Shown here one piece after another: positions 1-12,100 of a DNA stretch of 61,595 bases. The stretch's first letter is position 1. Each line of letters starts with the position of its first letter. The position numbers and the translations under genes are program-made. The DNA is from a virus. Location: IMG/VR virus record IMGVR_UViG_3300049749_000001, positions 1 through 61,595 of that record. The stretch is one strand, 5' to 3'. The notes beneath the pieces were generated by a model that was not told the origin of the DNA, ran no database searches, and saw only the letters and a list, made by a program, of their open reading frames with translations.

Positions 1-127
1 GCGGCACACTTACCGTCGACGTGGAAGAGCTCTACAAGAAGGTAAGGAAACAGGCCGACGAACAGGCGCCTCCCGCGCCAACGGAAGAACCGAACCTGAA
101 AGCCGCAAGGGACTTGCTGGCAGAGCG
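1..127. repeat. Terminal direct repeat, identical to 61469-61595 (circular-closure overlap)
   Basis: The first 127 nt (gcggcacacttaccgtcgacgtggaagag...ctggcagagcg) recur exactly as the last 127 nt. The coding frame is continuous across the join. Confidence 0.95.
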
Positions 128-3100
128 TAAGGAGGTTATCGGAAACAAGACGCGAGAGGGGTACCTGAAAGGCAAGGTGCGTGCACTGGCGAAGAAAACG
201 CCCATGTCGCACGAAAAGACGGTAGCCACCCTGGATATCATCGCTACCCGACTGGACATGGACGACCTGCAGTTCATGGAAGAGGCGCCGGCACCCAAGG
301 CTGAACCCGCCGACAAGGGAGATAGGGCGACTGCTTATTTCCGGGGCGACCTAGCGGAATACACCGGCAATACCGAGACGATACATGGCCGACTGTTCTA
401 TGAAGTGAAGGTATTGGAGGGACCGGACAAAGGAAATCTCAAGGTTATAACGGACCCTCCGGGCGGAGACAAGACACCGCCCAAGCAACAGGAGAAGAAA
501 CCTGTAACGCCTCAGATCACGCCGCCCAAGGCTGAACAGGAAGAAAAGTCCGACCTACCGTCATTCACCAAAGACGAAATCCTGTTTGACGAACACGGGC
601 AGCTTCACCGTGTCGAGGGAATGGACGAGCGGGGCAATCATATTCGGGTAACGCGCAATCCGGATCAGCTATCCGAGCGCGTGATTCTGATGCGTGAGGA
701 CAGGTTCAACCGCTTGCGCCAGGAGGATAAGGAATATCGGGAAAGCATCAAGCCACCGGAGAAGAAATCAAAGTTCCATGCTGGCGACGACAGCACCAAC
801 GACGCGATAAGGGAGCTGCGCGGTCTTTCCCACGATGAGGACCAACCCGGCGATGTGGCATTGGGCAACAAGAAGTATGTGAGTTTCGATGACGCCGTAC
901 GCGTAGCCCGCGAAGGAATCGACTCAGGAGAGGTCCAGGCTGTACCGTTCCAGGTAGTGAACCGGCTTGACCTGACATTCCGCGACGTGGACCGGGTAAT
1001 AGCAGCCGCGACCACTGCTGAAAAACCAGCCGAGAAGCCCGTATTTGCCAAGGGCGAACGTGTTTCATTCCGTACTACCATCGGACGCGAGCATCAAGGG
1101 AAGGTAGCGCGGGACACTTTCGGCGTCTCGCTGGTACTGGTTAAGGCAGATGGCGACAGCAAGCCGCTTTATGTGGATCAGGACAAGATAACGCGCCTCG
1201 ATGTACCGAAACGCAGACCCGAGGCAAACCCGGATGCCGAATGGTGGAAGGGATTGACCGGACAGGGCAGAAGGCTCGTGATGCAAGCGGCGGGCGTCGA
1301 GCTTCCCGATAGTGTGTTGTGGAACTTCATCAAGGCGGAGGTCAAGGCGAAGCTGCTGGCGCACAGGGGCGCAGCCGAAGAAAAGCCCGCGACCAAGCGC
1401 AAGGCGGAAATCGTGGACAACGGGGATACCAACCCGGGCGAGTTCATAGTCCGCGAGGGCGTGCAGAATCATGGGCGCTTCTCTATTGGGGCGAAGGGCA
1501 CACCTACCGGCGTCAAGTATTTCTTTGACAACAGCGAAACGCGCGGGCTGGTTGATGAAGCCATTGCGGAATTCATCAGGGAACGCGGCGCGACCAAGCC
1601 ACCGGAAGCCGACAAGCCGCCTACCCTGGCAGAGCTCAAGCAACTACTCCTGGATTCTCAGAACAGGCTGGACAACCAGATTGTTCAGGATGACAGGCTG
1701 ATTCAAAAGATTGCCGCACTCAAGAAAGCCGTAGCGGAAGGCGAAGCAGACGAGCGCAAGGCAAAAGCCAAGAAGGACTTGGATGATGCACTGGCCGACC
1801 TGGGCGATATCTTCGGCAAGGATATCCGCAGCAGCATACTTCCCGAACAGGAGCACAAGCTAATACCTGTGCTGGCGCGGGTAATGGATGCCGCCCTGCG
1901 CATGGGTTACTACAAGTTCAAGGATGCCTCCAGGTTCGTGCTCAAAACCATCCGGGCAAAACTAGGTGACGACGTTGCCGACCAGTTGACCATAGACCAC
2001 CTGCAGGGCGCCTATATCAGCATGGCCGGAAAGTACAAGGATGAGGGCGCGGACAGCAAGAAAGACGTGATCGGCGTGGAATCCCTTGACGAGATTGGGG
2101 ACGGTGCTACGATAGACGAAACGGACACCAAGGGAGCGCAAAATGAGAACCGTAATGAGCCGGGTACGGCCCCTGGCACAACAGGCGATGGACCACTGGA
2201 AGGAGCACCTCCCGAAGAAGTACCGGGAGTTGAAGGCGGCGGGGCAACTGGAAGCGGAAGCAACGAAGGCAGCGGAGCGGACGATGGACGAACAGGCGAC
2301 GCTGATGGAACAGGGGTACCCCCCGGAGGAAGCCTGGGCAGTGGTACGGGAGAAACACCTGTTCCAGCCGGAGGAACCGGGAACCTCGGAGGAAGCACCG
2401 GCGAGCCCGCAATTCCGGGAGGCGCAACAGGCGCAGATGATGCTCAACCGGATAATCCAGGAAGAGTAGAGGCCGGCGACTATCGCATAACCGAGTCAAC
2501 GCGTCTCGGTGAGGGCGGCGCCAAGGGTAAATACAAGGGCAACGTGGCCGCTATTCGCCTGATGCGCGAATTGCTCGATTCAGGGCGCAAGGCCACCCCG
2601 GAAGAACAGGATACGCTTGCCCGCTATGTTGGATGGGGCGGAATCCCGCAAGCATTCGATAAAGACAAAGCCGATTGGTCCAAAGAACACAAAGAGCTCA
2701 AGGCACTGCTTACGCCGGAAGAATGGGAAACGGCGGTAGAGTCTACTCAGTACGCGCACTACACTTCTGAAAACGTCATCCGCTCGATGTATGACGCCGC
2801 GGCGCACCTGGGCTTCGGCGGCGGTACCATCCTTGAGCCGGGATCCGGCGTAGGCAACTTCATAGGGCTGATGCCCGACTCCATCCGCAATAAAACCCGA
2901 TTCACGGGCGTAGAGCGCGAGAGCATCGCGGGCGGAATCGCCAAGCTGCTATACCCGAACCAGAACATCCAGCAAGCCGACTTCACCGCATTCAATGCGA
3001 CGGACGGCTATTTTGATTTCGTCATCGGCAATCCGCCCTTTTCCGATACCAAGCTGACGGACATATCCGGGCGCAAGCACCTATCGGGCTTGTCCATTCA

Positions 3101-6100
3101 CAACTACTTCTTTGCAAAAGCCGTCGACATGCTGCGCGACGGCGGAATTCTGATGCAGGTTGTGACGAGCTCCTTCATGGATGCCAAGCGCGACAAGGCA
3201 CGTAACTACATCGGGGAGCGTACTACCCTGCTAGGCGCTATCAGACTGCCCAACAGCGCATTTATGGGCAATGCCGGTACCGATGTTACAACCGATATCA
3301 TCTTCCTGCAGAAGCTACCGGAATCGCAGTGGAGTTCCAAGGTGGCGAAGGAGGACGCGCAACGCTGGCAGGGATTGGGCGAAGTCTTTGACCCGCTAGG
3401 CGGGGCAAAGATACCCATCAACCAGTATTTCGTGGATCACCCGGAAATGATGCTCGGCACCATGCAGCGCGTGGGCGGGCGTTATCACGAGGATATGCCG
3501 GGACTCGTGGCGCACCCTGGCAACGTCGGGAAAATGCTGGCCAAGGCGATATCGAAACTGCCCGCGAACGTGTACGTGGATATAGCCAAGGCCAATACCG
3601 GGGCAATGGAGGGCGCACTGGCGGAAGCCATGGCCAACCTGGACGTGGAAGTAAACGGCTATTTCGTGCGCAACGACAAGCTCTACCAGCGCGTGAACGA
3701 TATTGCCGGCGAACAGCGGGCAGTGTTGCTTACGCCCAATACGCAGTGGACCGAAAAACAACAGCTCGGGGAGAACAAGCACGCACGGCTCAAGAAAGTA
3801 TCGGAACTGCGCACCACCTTGCGCCAGTTGATCAATGCGGAGCGCAACGGCGACGAGAGCATGAAGGAGCTACGCGCCAAGCTGAACGAACAGTACGACG
3901 AGTTTGTGAAGGGCGGGCTGATACACGACAGGGGCAGCATCCAGCTATTCGGTGACGATCCCGATTTCCCCTTGCTCGCCTCCCTCGAGCGGAGCTACGA
4001 CGCGGGGATTTCAGAGGGCGCGGCCAAGAAACAGGGAATCAAGCCGGTCAAGTCATCCGCGAAGAAGGCCGACATTTTCACCAAGGCAGTTGTCAGCGTG
4101 CGTGAAGCCGTGGACAAGGCGGATACGCCCGTTGATGCCCTGATGATAGCCATAGCGGAGAAAGGCCGCATCGACGCGCCATTCATCGGGGAATTACTGG
4201 GACGAGACGGCGCGGAAGTGCTGGAAGAACTGACCAAGGGCGACGAGCCGGCACTGTTCAAGGATCCAGAGAGCGGCGGATACCTGCTGCGCGACGAGTA
4301 CCTTTCAGGGAACGTGCGCAAGAAGTACGCACTGGCGCAAGCGGCAGGCATGTACGACAACGCGGACGCCTTGAAGCGCGTGATACCAGAGGATATCCCC
4401 TCGCATGAAATCGTGGGGCGCCTGGGTGCGCCCTGGGTACCTTCGGAAGTCTACGAGGATTTCATTCGCCACATGCTAGGCGACCAGACCCAGGTGCAGG
4501 TGCGGTACGTGAAGGCACTAAGCAGCTTTGCGATTCAGGTGATGGAAGCCTCCGACGTGTCCAACTGGAACACCTACGGCGTGGCCGCATCGGGCGAGGA
4601 TAGACATGCCGGCAAATCCGCGGTGGAGATTATTTCGGCATTGCTCAATAACCGCCAGATAGCGGTACGCACAAGGCCGGACCGGGAAGGACGTACGGAG
4701 CTCGTGAAGGATGCAACGGACGAGGCCAACGACAAGGCGGCAATCCTGCGCGAGAACTTTACCGACTGGCTGATGCAGGATGCGGACCGTGCGGAGAAGG
4801 TGGGGCGCATCTACAACGACACGGTAAACAACTATGTAGAGCGCAAGTTCCTGGGCAACATCCTTAAATTCCCAGGCAAGGTACCCGATAGCATCATCAA
4901 GTTCCGGCGCCACCAGACCAATGCGATCGCTCGCATATTGCAGGAAGGGCGGGCACTGCTGGACCACGTTGTGGGCAGCGGCAAGACGTTCACCGTGATA
5001 GGCGCGGCACAGGAATTGAAGCGCACCGGGCTTGCACGCAAAAGCATGATCGTGGTACCGAACCACCTTGTAAAGCAGTGGGCGGCGGATTACTACAGGC
5101 TCTACCCGGGCGCGAACATCCTGGCAGCGACCAAGAAGGACTTTGAGCGGCAGAACCGCCGTCAATTCCTGGCACGCATCGCCACCGGCAATTGGGATGC
5201 AATCATCATCGCGCACTCGTCCTATGGATTCATCAAGCCGGATCCCAATTTCGAGGAACAGTTCAACTACGAAGTCATCCGGGAAATCATGGATGCAATC
5301 GCCGAGCTCAAGGGCGACGGCGCCACCGAACCGGATCAGGCCACCAAGCGCACCATCAAGCAACTGGCCAAGATGAAGGAGAAGCTGGAACAGCGCATCA
5401 AGTCACTGCGCGACAGGAACATGGATGCCCTGCTGGACCTGGGGCAGTTAGGCGTGGATCAGATTTTCGTGGACGAGGCGCACCTGTTCAAGAATCTGAT
5501 GTACACCACCAAGATGCAGAACGTGCGCGGGCTGAACAACCCGACAGGTTCGCAGCGTGCCTACGACATGATAATCAAGACTCGGCAGATCATGGCGGCG
5601 AACGGCCACCAGCGCGGCGTCGTGTTTGCAACCGGCACGCCGATATCGAACAGCATGGCGGAAATGTATCACATGCTGAGATACCTCTACCCTGACGGGC
5701 TGAGCGACATGGGGATGGAGACTTTCGACGCCTGGGCGAACTCCTTTGCGGAAGTGGAGCAGGTGTGGATGCAGTCGCTAACGGGCGCCGGATTCAAGGC
5801 AACAAACCGCATGAGCCGGTTCGTGAATGCCGCCGACCTGTTGAAAATGTACAACCAAGTTACCGATACCGTCACGCAGCGCGACGTTCAGGAAGCGTAC
5901 CGCGAGGAAAATGACGGTAAGGAATTTCCGTTACCGAAACTCAAGGACGGCAAGCGTACGCCGGTATCGCTCAAGAAAACGGCCGCACTGGCTGACTACA
6001 TGCTTGAGATTGCATCGCGTGCCCAAGCGGTAGAACAGCGCGGACGGCCACCGGAGGAGGGCGAAGATAACGTGCTCTCGATCATGACGGACGCCCGCAA

Positions 6101-9100
6101 GGCGGCGATGGATATGCGCCTCGTGGATTTAGACGCCACGGAGCGCGACCCGGAAGGGCGCATCGCCATGGCCGGCAAGGAAGTCATCGAGCGGTACCAC
6201 AAGTACCACGATGTACTCGGCACGCAATTGATTTTCAGCGACATGGGTACCCCCCTGAAACACGCCCGGAAGGAAATGGTGGAGTACGAGGCGCTACGCG
6301 CCACCATTGCGGCGGGAGCGGACCCGGATACCATTGCGCGCGCGGAATTGGGCGACGAAGCGGCAATGACCAAGATCGAGGAAGCGGAGAAAGCCCAGGA
6401 GACACTGGACGGCAAGGGGCAGGACTGGCTTGATGCGATCAAGGCCGCGATTCGCGGCTTTTCCATCTATGACGATATGCGGGCGTACCTGATGGAGAAC
6501 GGCGTACCGGAAAAAGAGATTGCCTTTATCCATGACTACAACACGGACGACCAGAAGGCGGCACTGTTCGCCGCGGTCAACGCCGGCAAAATCCGCATCC
6601 TGCTAGGGTCCACTGCCAAGATGGGCGCCGGTACCAATGTTCAGCAACGTCTCGTGGCGATTCACCATATCGACGTGCCCTGGAAACCCTCTGATATCGA
6701 ACAGCGCGAGGGGCGCATCATCCGCCAGGGCAATCTCTTTGCTACGCCACCAACCGAGGACGCGCCTAATCCGCTCTACAACCCGGATTTCGAGGTAGAG
6801 ATACTGGCCTACGCTACCCAGGACTCGCTGGACCTGTTCATGTGGCAGGTACAGGAAAAGAAGCTCGGCATGATCAACCAGCTACGCGAGGGCAAGGTAG
6901 GGCGCGAATTCGACAATGCGTTCGAGGAAATGCAAATGTCGGCCGGCGAAATGCAAGCCGCGGCAACGTCCAACCCGTACCTGATGGAAGAGATTGTACT
7001 TAAAGACAAGATCAAGAAATTGGAACGGCAACAGAAAAGCCATGTGGCGCAGGGCAACGACCTTATCACGCGGGAGAAGAAGGCACGCAAGGCGATAGCC
7101 GAACTGCCAGCGACCATCAAGGCGATGGAGAAGGTAGACAGCGAGGCGCGGGCTTACCACGCGGCGATGGAAGCGCGGGAAGTGCCCGCTACCATCGACG
7201 GCAAGCAATACACCAAGCGAGCCGCAGCGACCGCGTACATACGCGACATACTGGACGATCATCAAGAGCGGTACGAGAGGCAGGAAGCCGACAATTCCAT
7301 AAGGAAGCTGCAAGCCACCATAGACAATGCCCTGAACAAGACTGACAACGAGCCAAAGCTGGACGAAACGCTTTCCAAGAGCAAGCTCGCAAAGCCTATC
7401 AAGATCGACGGCAAGGATTACGTCAGTATCAGCGCGATTTCAGACCGCATCCGCATGATCTACGGTGACGCGGACCCCATTGCGTTCGAGCGCGGGGACC
7501 AGACCCTCTACACCCGCAGCGCCATCCGAGACGCCATCCGCGACGACTACGCCCGGGCGGTGGAAGAAGAAACCACCGTGCCGATGGGATCGTTCGGCAA
7601 TTTCGAGGTTTCGGTACTCGTCAAGAAAGCGCGGGACAAGAAAATGGAAATCGAGATTTACGCGCCGGCGCAACTCTCGGACGGTACCGACCTGGGATCA
7701 TATTATGTGGGCGAGTACCACGACAAGGTAGCGGCGCTACCCGATATCGACAAGTGGATCCGGGCGGCAAGCACGCACGCGCACGGCGTCGAGTGGTCCC
7801 TGAACAACTCACGCCGGGAACTGGAACAAGCGCACAAGACGATCAACGACCTTGGCAGGATGCCGGAGCGGCAGGAGTGGGCGGGCAAGGAAGAACTGGC
7901 GCAAGCCCGCGAGCGGTACCGCGAAGTGCTCAAGCTGATTGTCGCCCTGGCCAACCCGGCGCCGACAGTCAAGCCGGATGGAAAATACCATGTGATGCGG
8001 AAAGCGGAAGCGGCGCAAGCGATGGGCGGACAGCCCACGGATGAAGCAAAGGCCGACCCGCGGTTCTACGTCTGGACAGAAGGCATGATCCTGGTAGACG
8101 GTTCCAAAGACGGTTTCCCGACAGAGTTTGATGCGGGCGTATGGCTGGCCAGAAAGCAGGGCAAGCCCATTGCGGTACCGAGCCATACGGAAGCACGCCA
8201 CGGGCAAGGCATAGCGGGCATTACCAAGCTGCAGGACCGAACGCGAGCGGAAGAGCCGGCATTTTCCCGCCAACCCAAAAAAGCCACCCCCCCAGGTGGC
8301 TTTTCTGCTTCTGCGCTACCGAAAACGCACACCCAGGCAATCGTTGACGCCATCCGCGGAAAGTGGAAGAACGCGCCGGAGGTTGTCATCGTTGATGACA
8401 TGAACGATCCGGCCATACCGGGAGCCGTGCGCAAGGAGAACGAGCGCCAGCTATCCCAGGGCGCCAAGGGCGAGCCGGAGGGCTTCATTGCGGGCGGCAA
8501 GGTCTATGTAGTCGCATCGCAAATGCGAGCGCCTGGGGACGTTGTACGCGTGCTGCTGCATGAAAGCCTCGGACATTTCGGGTTGCGCGGGCTCTACGGC
8601 GCAGGACTGGACAAGATACTCCGGCAGATTGCCGCATTGCGGCGGAAAGAGGTGGAAGCCAAGGCACGCCAGTACGGCCTGGACATGAAGGTGGAGAAGG
8701 ACAAGCTCAGGGCGGCGGAGGAAGTGCTGGCGGAAATGGCACAGACCAACCCGCAAAGCGGCTTTGTCCAGCGTGCAATAGCGGCGATTCGGACATGGTT
8801 GCGCGAGAACATCGAATACTTCAAGGATATGAAGCTATCCGATGGCGAAATCATCAACAACTACCTGATACCCGCGCGGGAGTTCGTGCAACGGGGCGCA
8901 CCGCAAGGCGGGCAGGCAAGCGGCGTTACCGCATTCCAGCGCGTTTGGCACGGTACCCCGCATATCTGGCCACCGGAACCAGGTTTCGCGCATGGACGGC
9001 CACGGCTGGACATGATCGGAAGTGGCGAGGGTGCGGCGGCGTTTGGATGGGGATTCTATACCGCCGAATCCAGGCGCATAGGCGAGGAATATCACCGGAT

Positions 9101-12100
9101 ACTGTCATCGCGTAACCCCGTGATACTGAGGGCTGGCCTGAATGCCATCGTTCCATCGAACGAAATAGAAGAATACGCATTAGGCAGATTGCTGAGAGAG
9201 CTCAGATACGCGCAAGACGACACGGCGATAAACAGGGCGATCAAGAGGGTAATCCTGGATGCACGCAGCTCACGCAAAAAGGGGATGAATGCACCGGGCA
9301 AGCTGGCGCTTGAAGATGGAATCGCATCCTATGTCGAAAAACTATGGGATCAGCGCCTTACCCTGCAACGCGAAGGCGGGGCGCTATACCACCTGGACAT
9401 TCCAGATTCCGCATTGCCGTACCTGCTTGATTGGGACAAGCCGCTAGGCGAACAGCCACCCAAGGTCAAGGCCGCACTGAACATAGTACGGGCACGCCTT
9501 GAAAGCGTGGACTTGCTCGAGGACTACCTGGACGCAAAAAACGCCGATTGGGAAGAACTGACAGGCGCGGAGCTGTACCTGCAAATCCTGGACCGGGCAG
9601 CAACGGATGACGCTCTGCCCTACGGAGTTCCGGGCATTGAAGAAGCATTAACCTATAACAAGACCAAAAAGGCTGTATCGCTCTATCTCACATCGTTGGG
9701 CATAGTCGGAAACCGCTACCTTGACGGCGTTTCACGCAAGAAGGGGGAGGGCAACTACAACTACGTGATATGGGATCAGGAAGTACTCGACAAGATAGCC
9801 CTCCTGGAGCGCAACGGTACCGCCCTCGATGCGATGCGCGAAGCGGAGGAAGCGTTTTCCCGCAATTCCCGAAACGGGACAGAACGGGAAACACAGACCG
9901 ATACGCCAGAGTTCAGGAAGTGGTTCAAAGGTAGCAAAGTAACGGACGAGAACGGGAAGCCGTTGCCTATGGTTCACGTTTCCCCAAAGGGGAATATCGA
10001 AGTGTTTAAGCCGGGATCAGATGGCGGCGTTTGGTTTAGCCCTCTGCATGACACGACAGAGGCCGATATTGTTGCCAGCTACGGCAACGACTTTATAGAA
10101 AACCCAAACCCGGATGAATACCCTGACGTGGCAGTGGGCGCGACCTACTACCCTGTTTATCTGAAAGCGAACAACCCGGCAACGGGCAAAGACGCTGACG
10201 ACTTTTATAACGGAAAAGTTTCGGCCAAGGCATTGCAGAAAAAAGGGTATGACGGCGTTACCTGGGATGACGGCGTTACCGTTGTATTCAAACCCGAACA
10301 AATCAAATCAGCCATAGGCAATAACGGCGCATTCGACGCTACCAACCCGGATATCAACTTTTCCCGTTCGACGCCCAACCCGAAAGTAGAGGCGGCTAAA
10401 TCCTGGCTGGACGGCGTTACCGATTCCCTCATCTACAACTTCGTTGACCGCTTCAAGCCCCTGCGCGATATCCAGAAACGCGCCGGCGCGGTACCCGAAC
10501 GGCAGGACGCATCGCTTGCAGAAGAGCGGTATTCAGGAATGGTGCGGGCTCGTACCGATGATTTTCACAACGACCTCCGGGATCCACTGTTAAAAGCGAT
10601 ACACGATGGGAAGCTGGACTACGATCAGGTAGAGGAATACTTGCACGCATTGCACGCGCCTTCCCGCAATGCCCACATGAAGTCAATCAACCCGACTGCA
10701 GAAGAACTGCAAGCCCGCCTCGATGCGCTATCGAAGGAGCGCGACGAGCTCACAAGGAACAGGGATGTGAAGCGGTACATCAAGCTGCGCCGGGAGCAGC
10801 GCCAAGCCCAGGCCGATATCGACGAGGTTATCGCGGATGAATCGCTAGGCCGGATGATTGCGCAGGAAATGACAAAATTGCGCAAGGTGCCCGCGGTTAA
10901 AAGCTACGTGGATGCTACCGAGAAGCTGCGAGCACTGCGCGACGTGAAGCCGTTCGATGGTGACAATACCGCACTCTCCGGCATGAGCAACGCGGAAGCG
11001 AAGGCAGTCATCGAAAAAGCACGCAAGGCGGGCAAAATTCGGGCACTGGAGAAGGTTTCTGCCATCGTTGATACCATCACAGCCCAAACCCGGCAAATCT
11101 ACGTAGAGGCCGGTTTAGAGAAGGCGGAGACTATCGAGGGGTGGGAATCCCTTTATGAGCATTACGTCCCCCTGCATCGGGATGAAGTGGGCGGAAACAC
11201 CAATCCCCCCATCGGCCAGGGCTACAGCATACGCGGGCGTGAAAGCAAACGCGCCACCGGATCCACGAAAGAGGTAACGGACATACTGGCTCACATCGTT
11301 GCATCGCACGAGGCGGCAATCGTGCGGGCGGAAAAGACGAAGGTGGACCTTGCCCTGTATCGCTTCGCCATGTCGCACCCGGACCCGGATGTATGGACCC
11401 TGGACGCGGCACCCAAACTCAGGATGGTGGATCCGACCTCCGGCGTGGTTGCCGAACGCATCGACCCCCTCTATAAGAACCGGGCAAACGTCCTAACGCT
11501 GAAAATCGGCGGGGAAGAGCACACAATCACTTTCACCGAGAGCAACCCGGAAGCCATGCGGCTCGCCGTATCGCTTAAGAACCTGGGAATGCAGGAGCTC
11601 GGGCAAGTAACGCAGGTAATCGGAAAAGTAACCCGGTTTCTCGCAACCATGTCCACCTCTGCAAACCCGGTTTTCGTTGCCCGCAACTTCCTGCGCGACA
11701 TTCAAACCTCGTTCGTGAACCTGTCCGATACCGAACTGGCCGGGATGAAAAAGCAGGTTTTTGCCGATTTGCCATCCGCGATTAAAGGCATGTGGAACAT
11801 GTCACGCGGGGATCGTAAATCGAAGTGGGCAAAGTACGCGCATCAATTCCGCGCCGCCGGCGGGCAAACCGGATGGATGGAGCACTACGGCAGTATTGGC
11901 GAACGTGCCGATGGGTTGCGCAAGCAGCTTGCAGCGATGGACCCGACCAAGATCAACTTGGCCAAGCAGACCGCGCGCGCGTGGTGGGAGCTCATCGAGG
12001 ACGCGAACGGCGCCGTCGAAAATGGCGTGCGGCTTGCCGCTTTCGTCAACGCACGCAAGGCCGGTCTATCGGAAGGCAAGGCGGCGGCACTGGCGAAGAA

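Noticed and set aside
4518-5363. Long antisense or alternative-frame ORFs inside large genes (for example 4518..5363 -, 1065..1643 -, 24981..26324 +, 51616..52581 -, 52766..53722 -, 31197..31988 -, 38678..39460 -)
   Set aside because: They lie entirely within better-supported genes on the other strand or frame. Their products are low-complexity and Arg/Pro/Ala/Gly-rich, as expected from GC-rich antisense reading, and they have no RBS context.
8559-8576. A confident call of an active HExxH metalloprotease
   Set aside because: The motif is HESLGH (HExxxH). The spacing differs from the canonical zincin signature, so only a tentative zincin-like module is reported.
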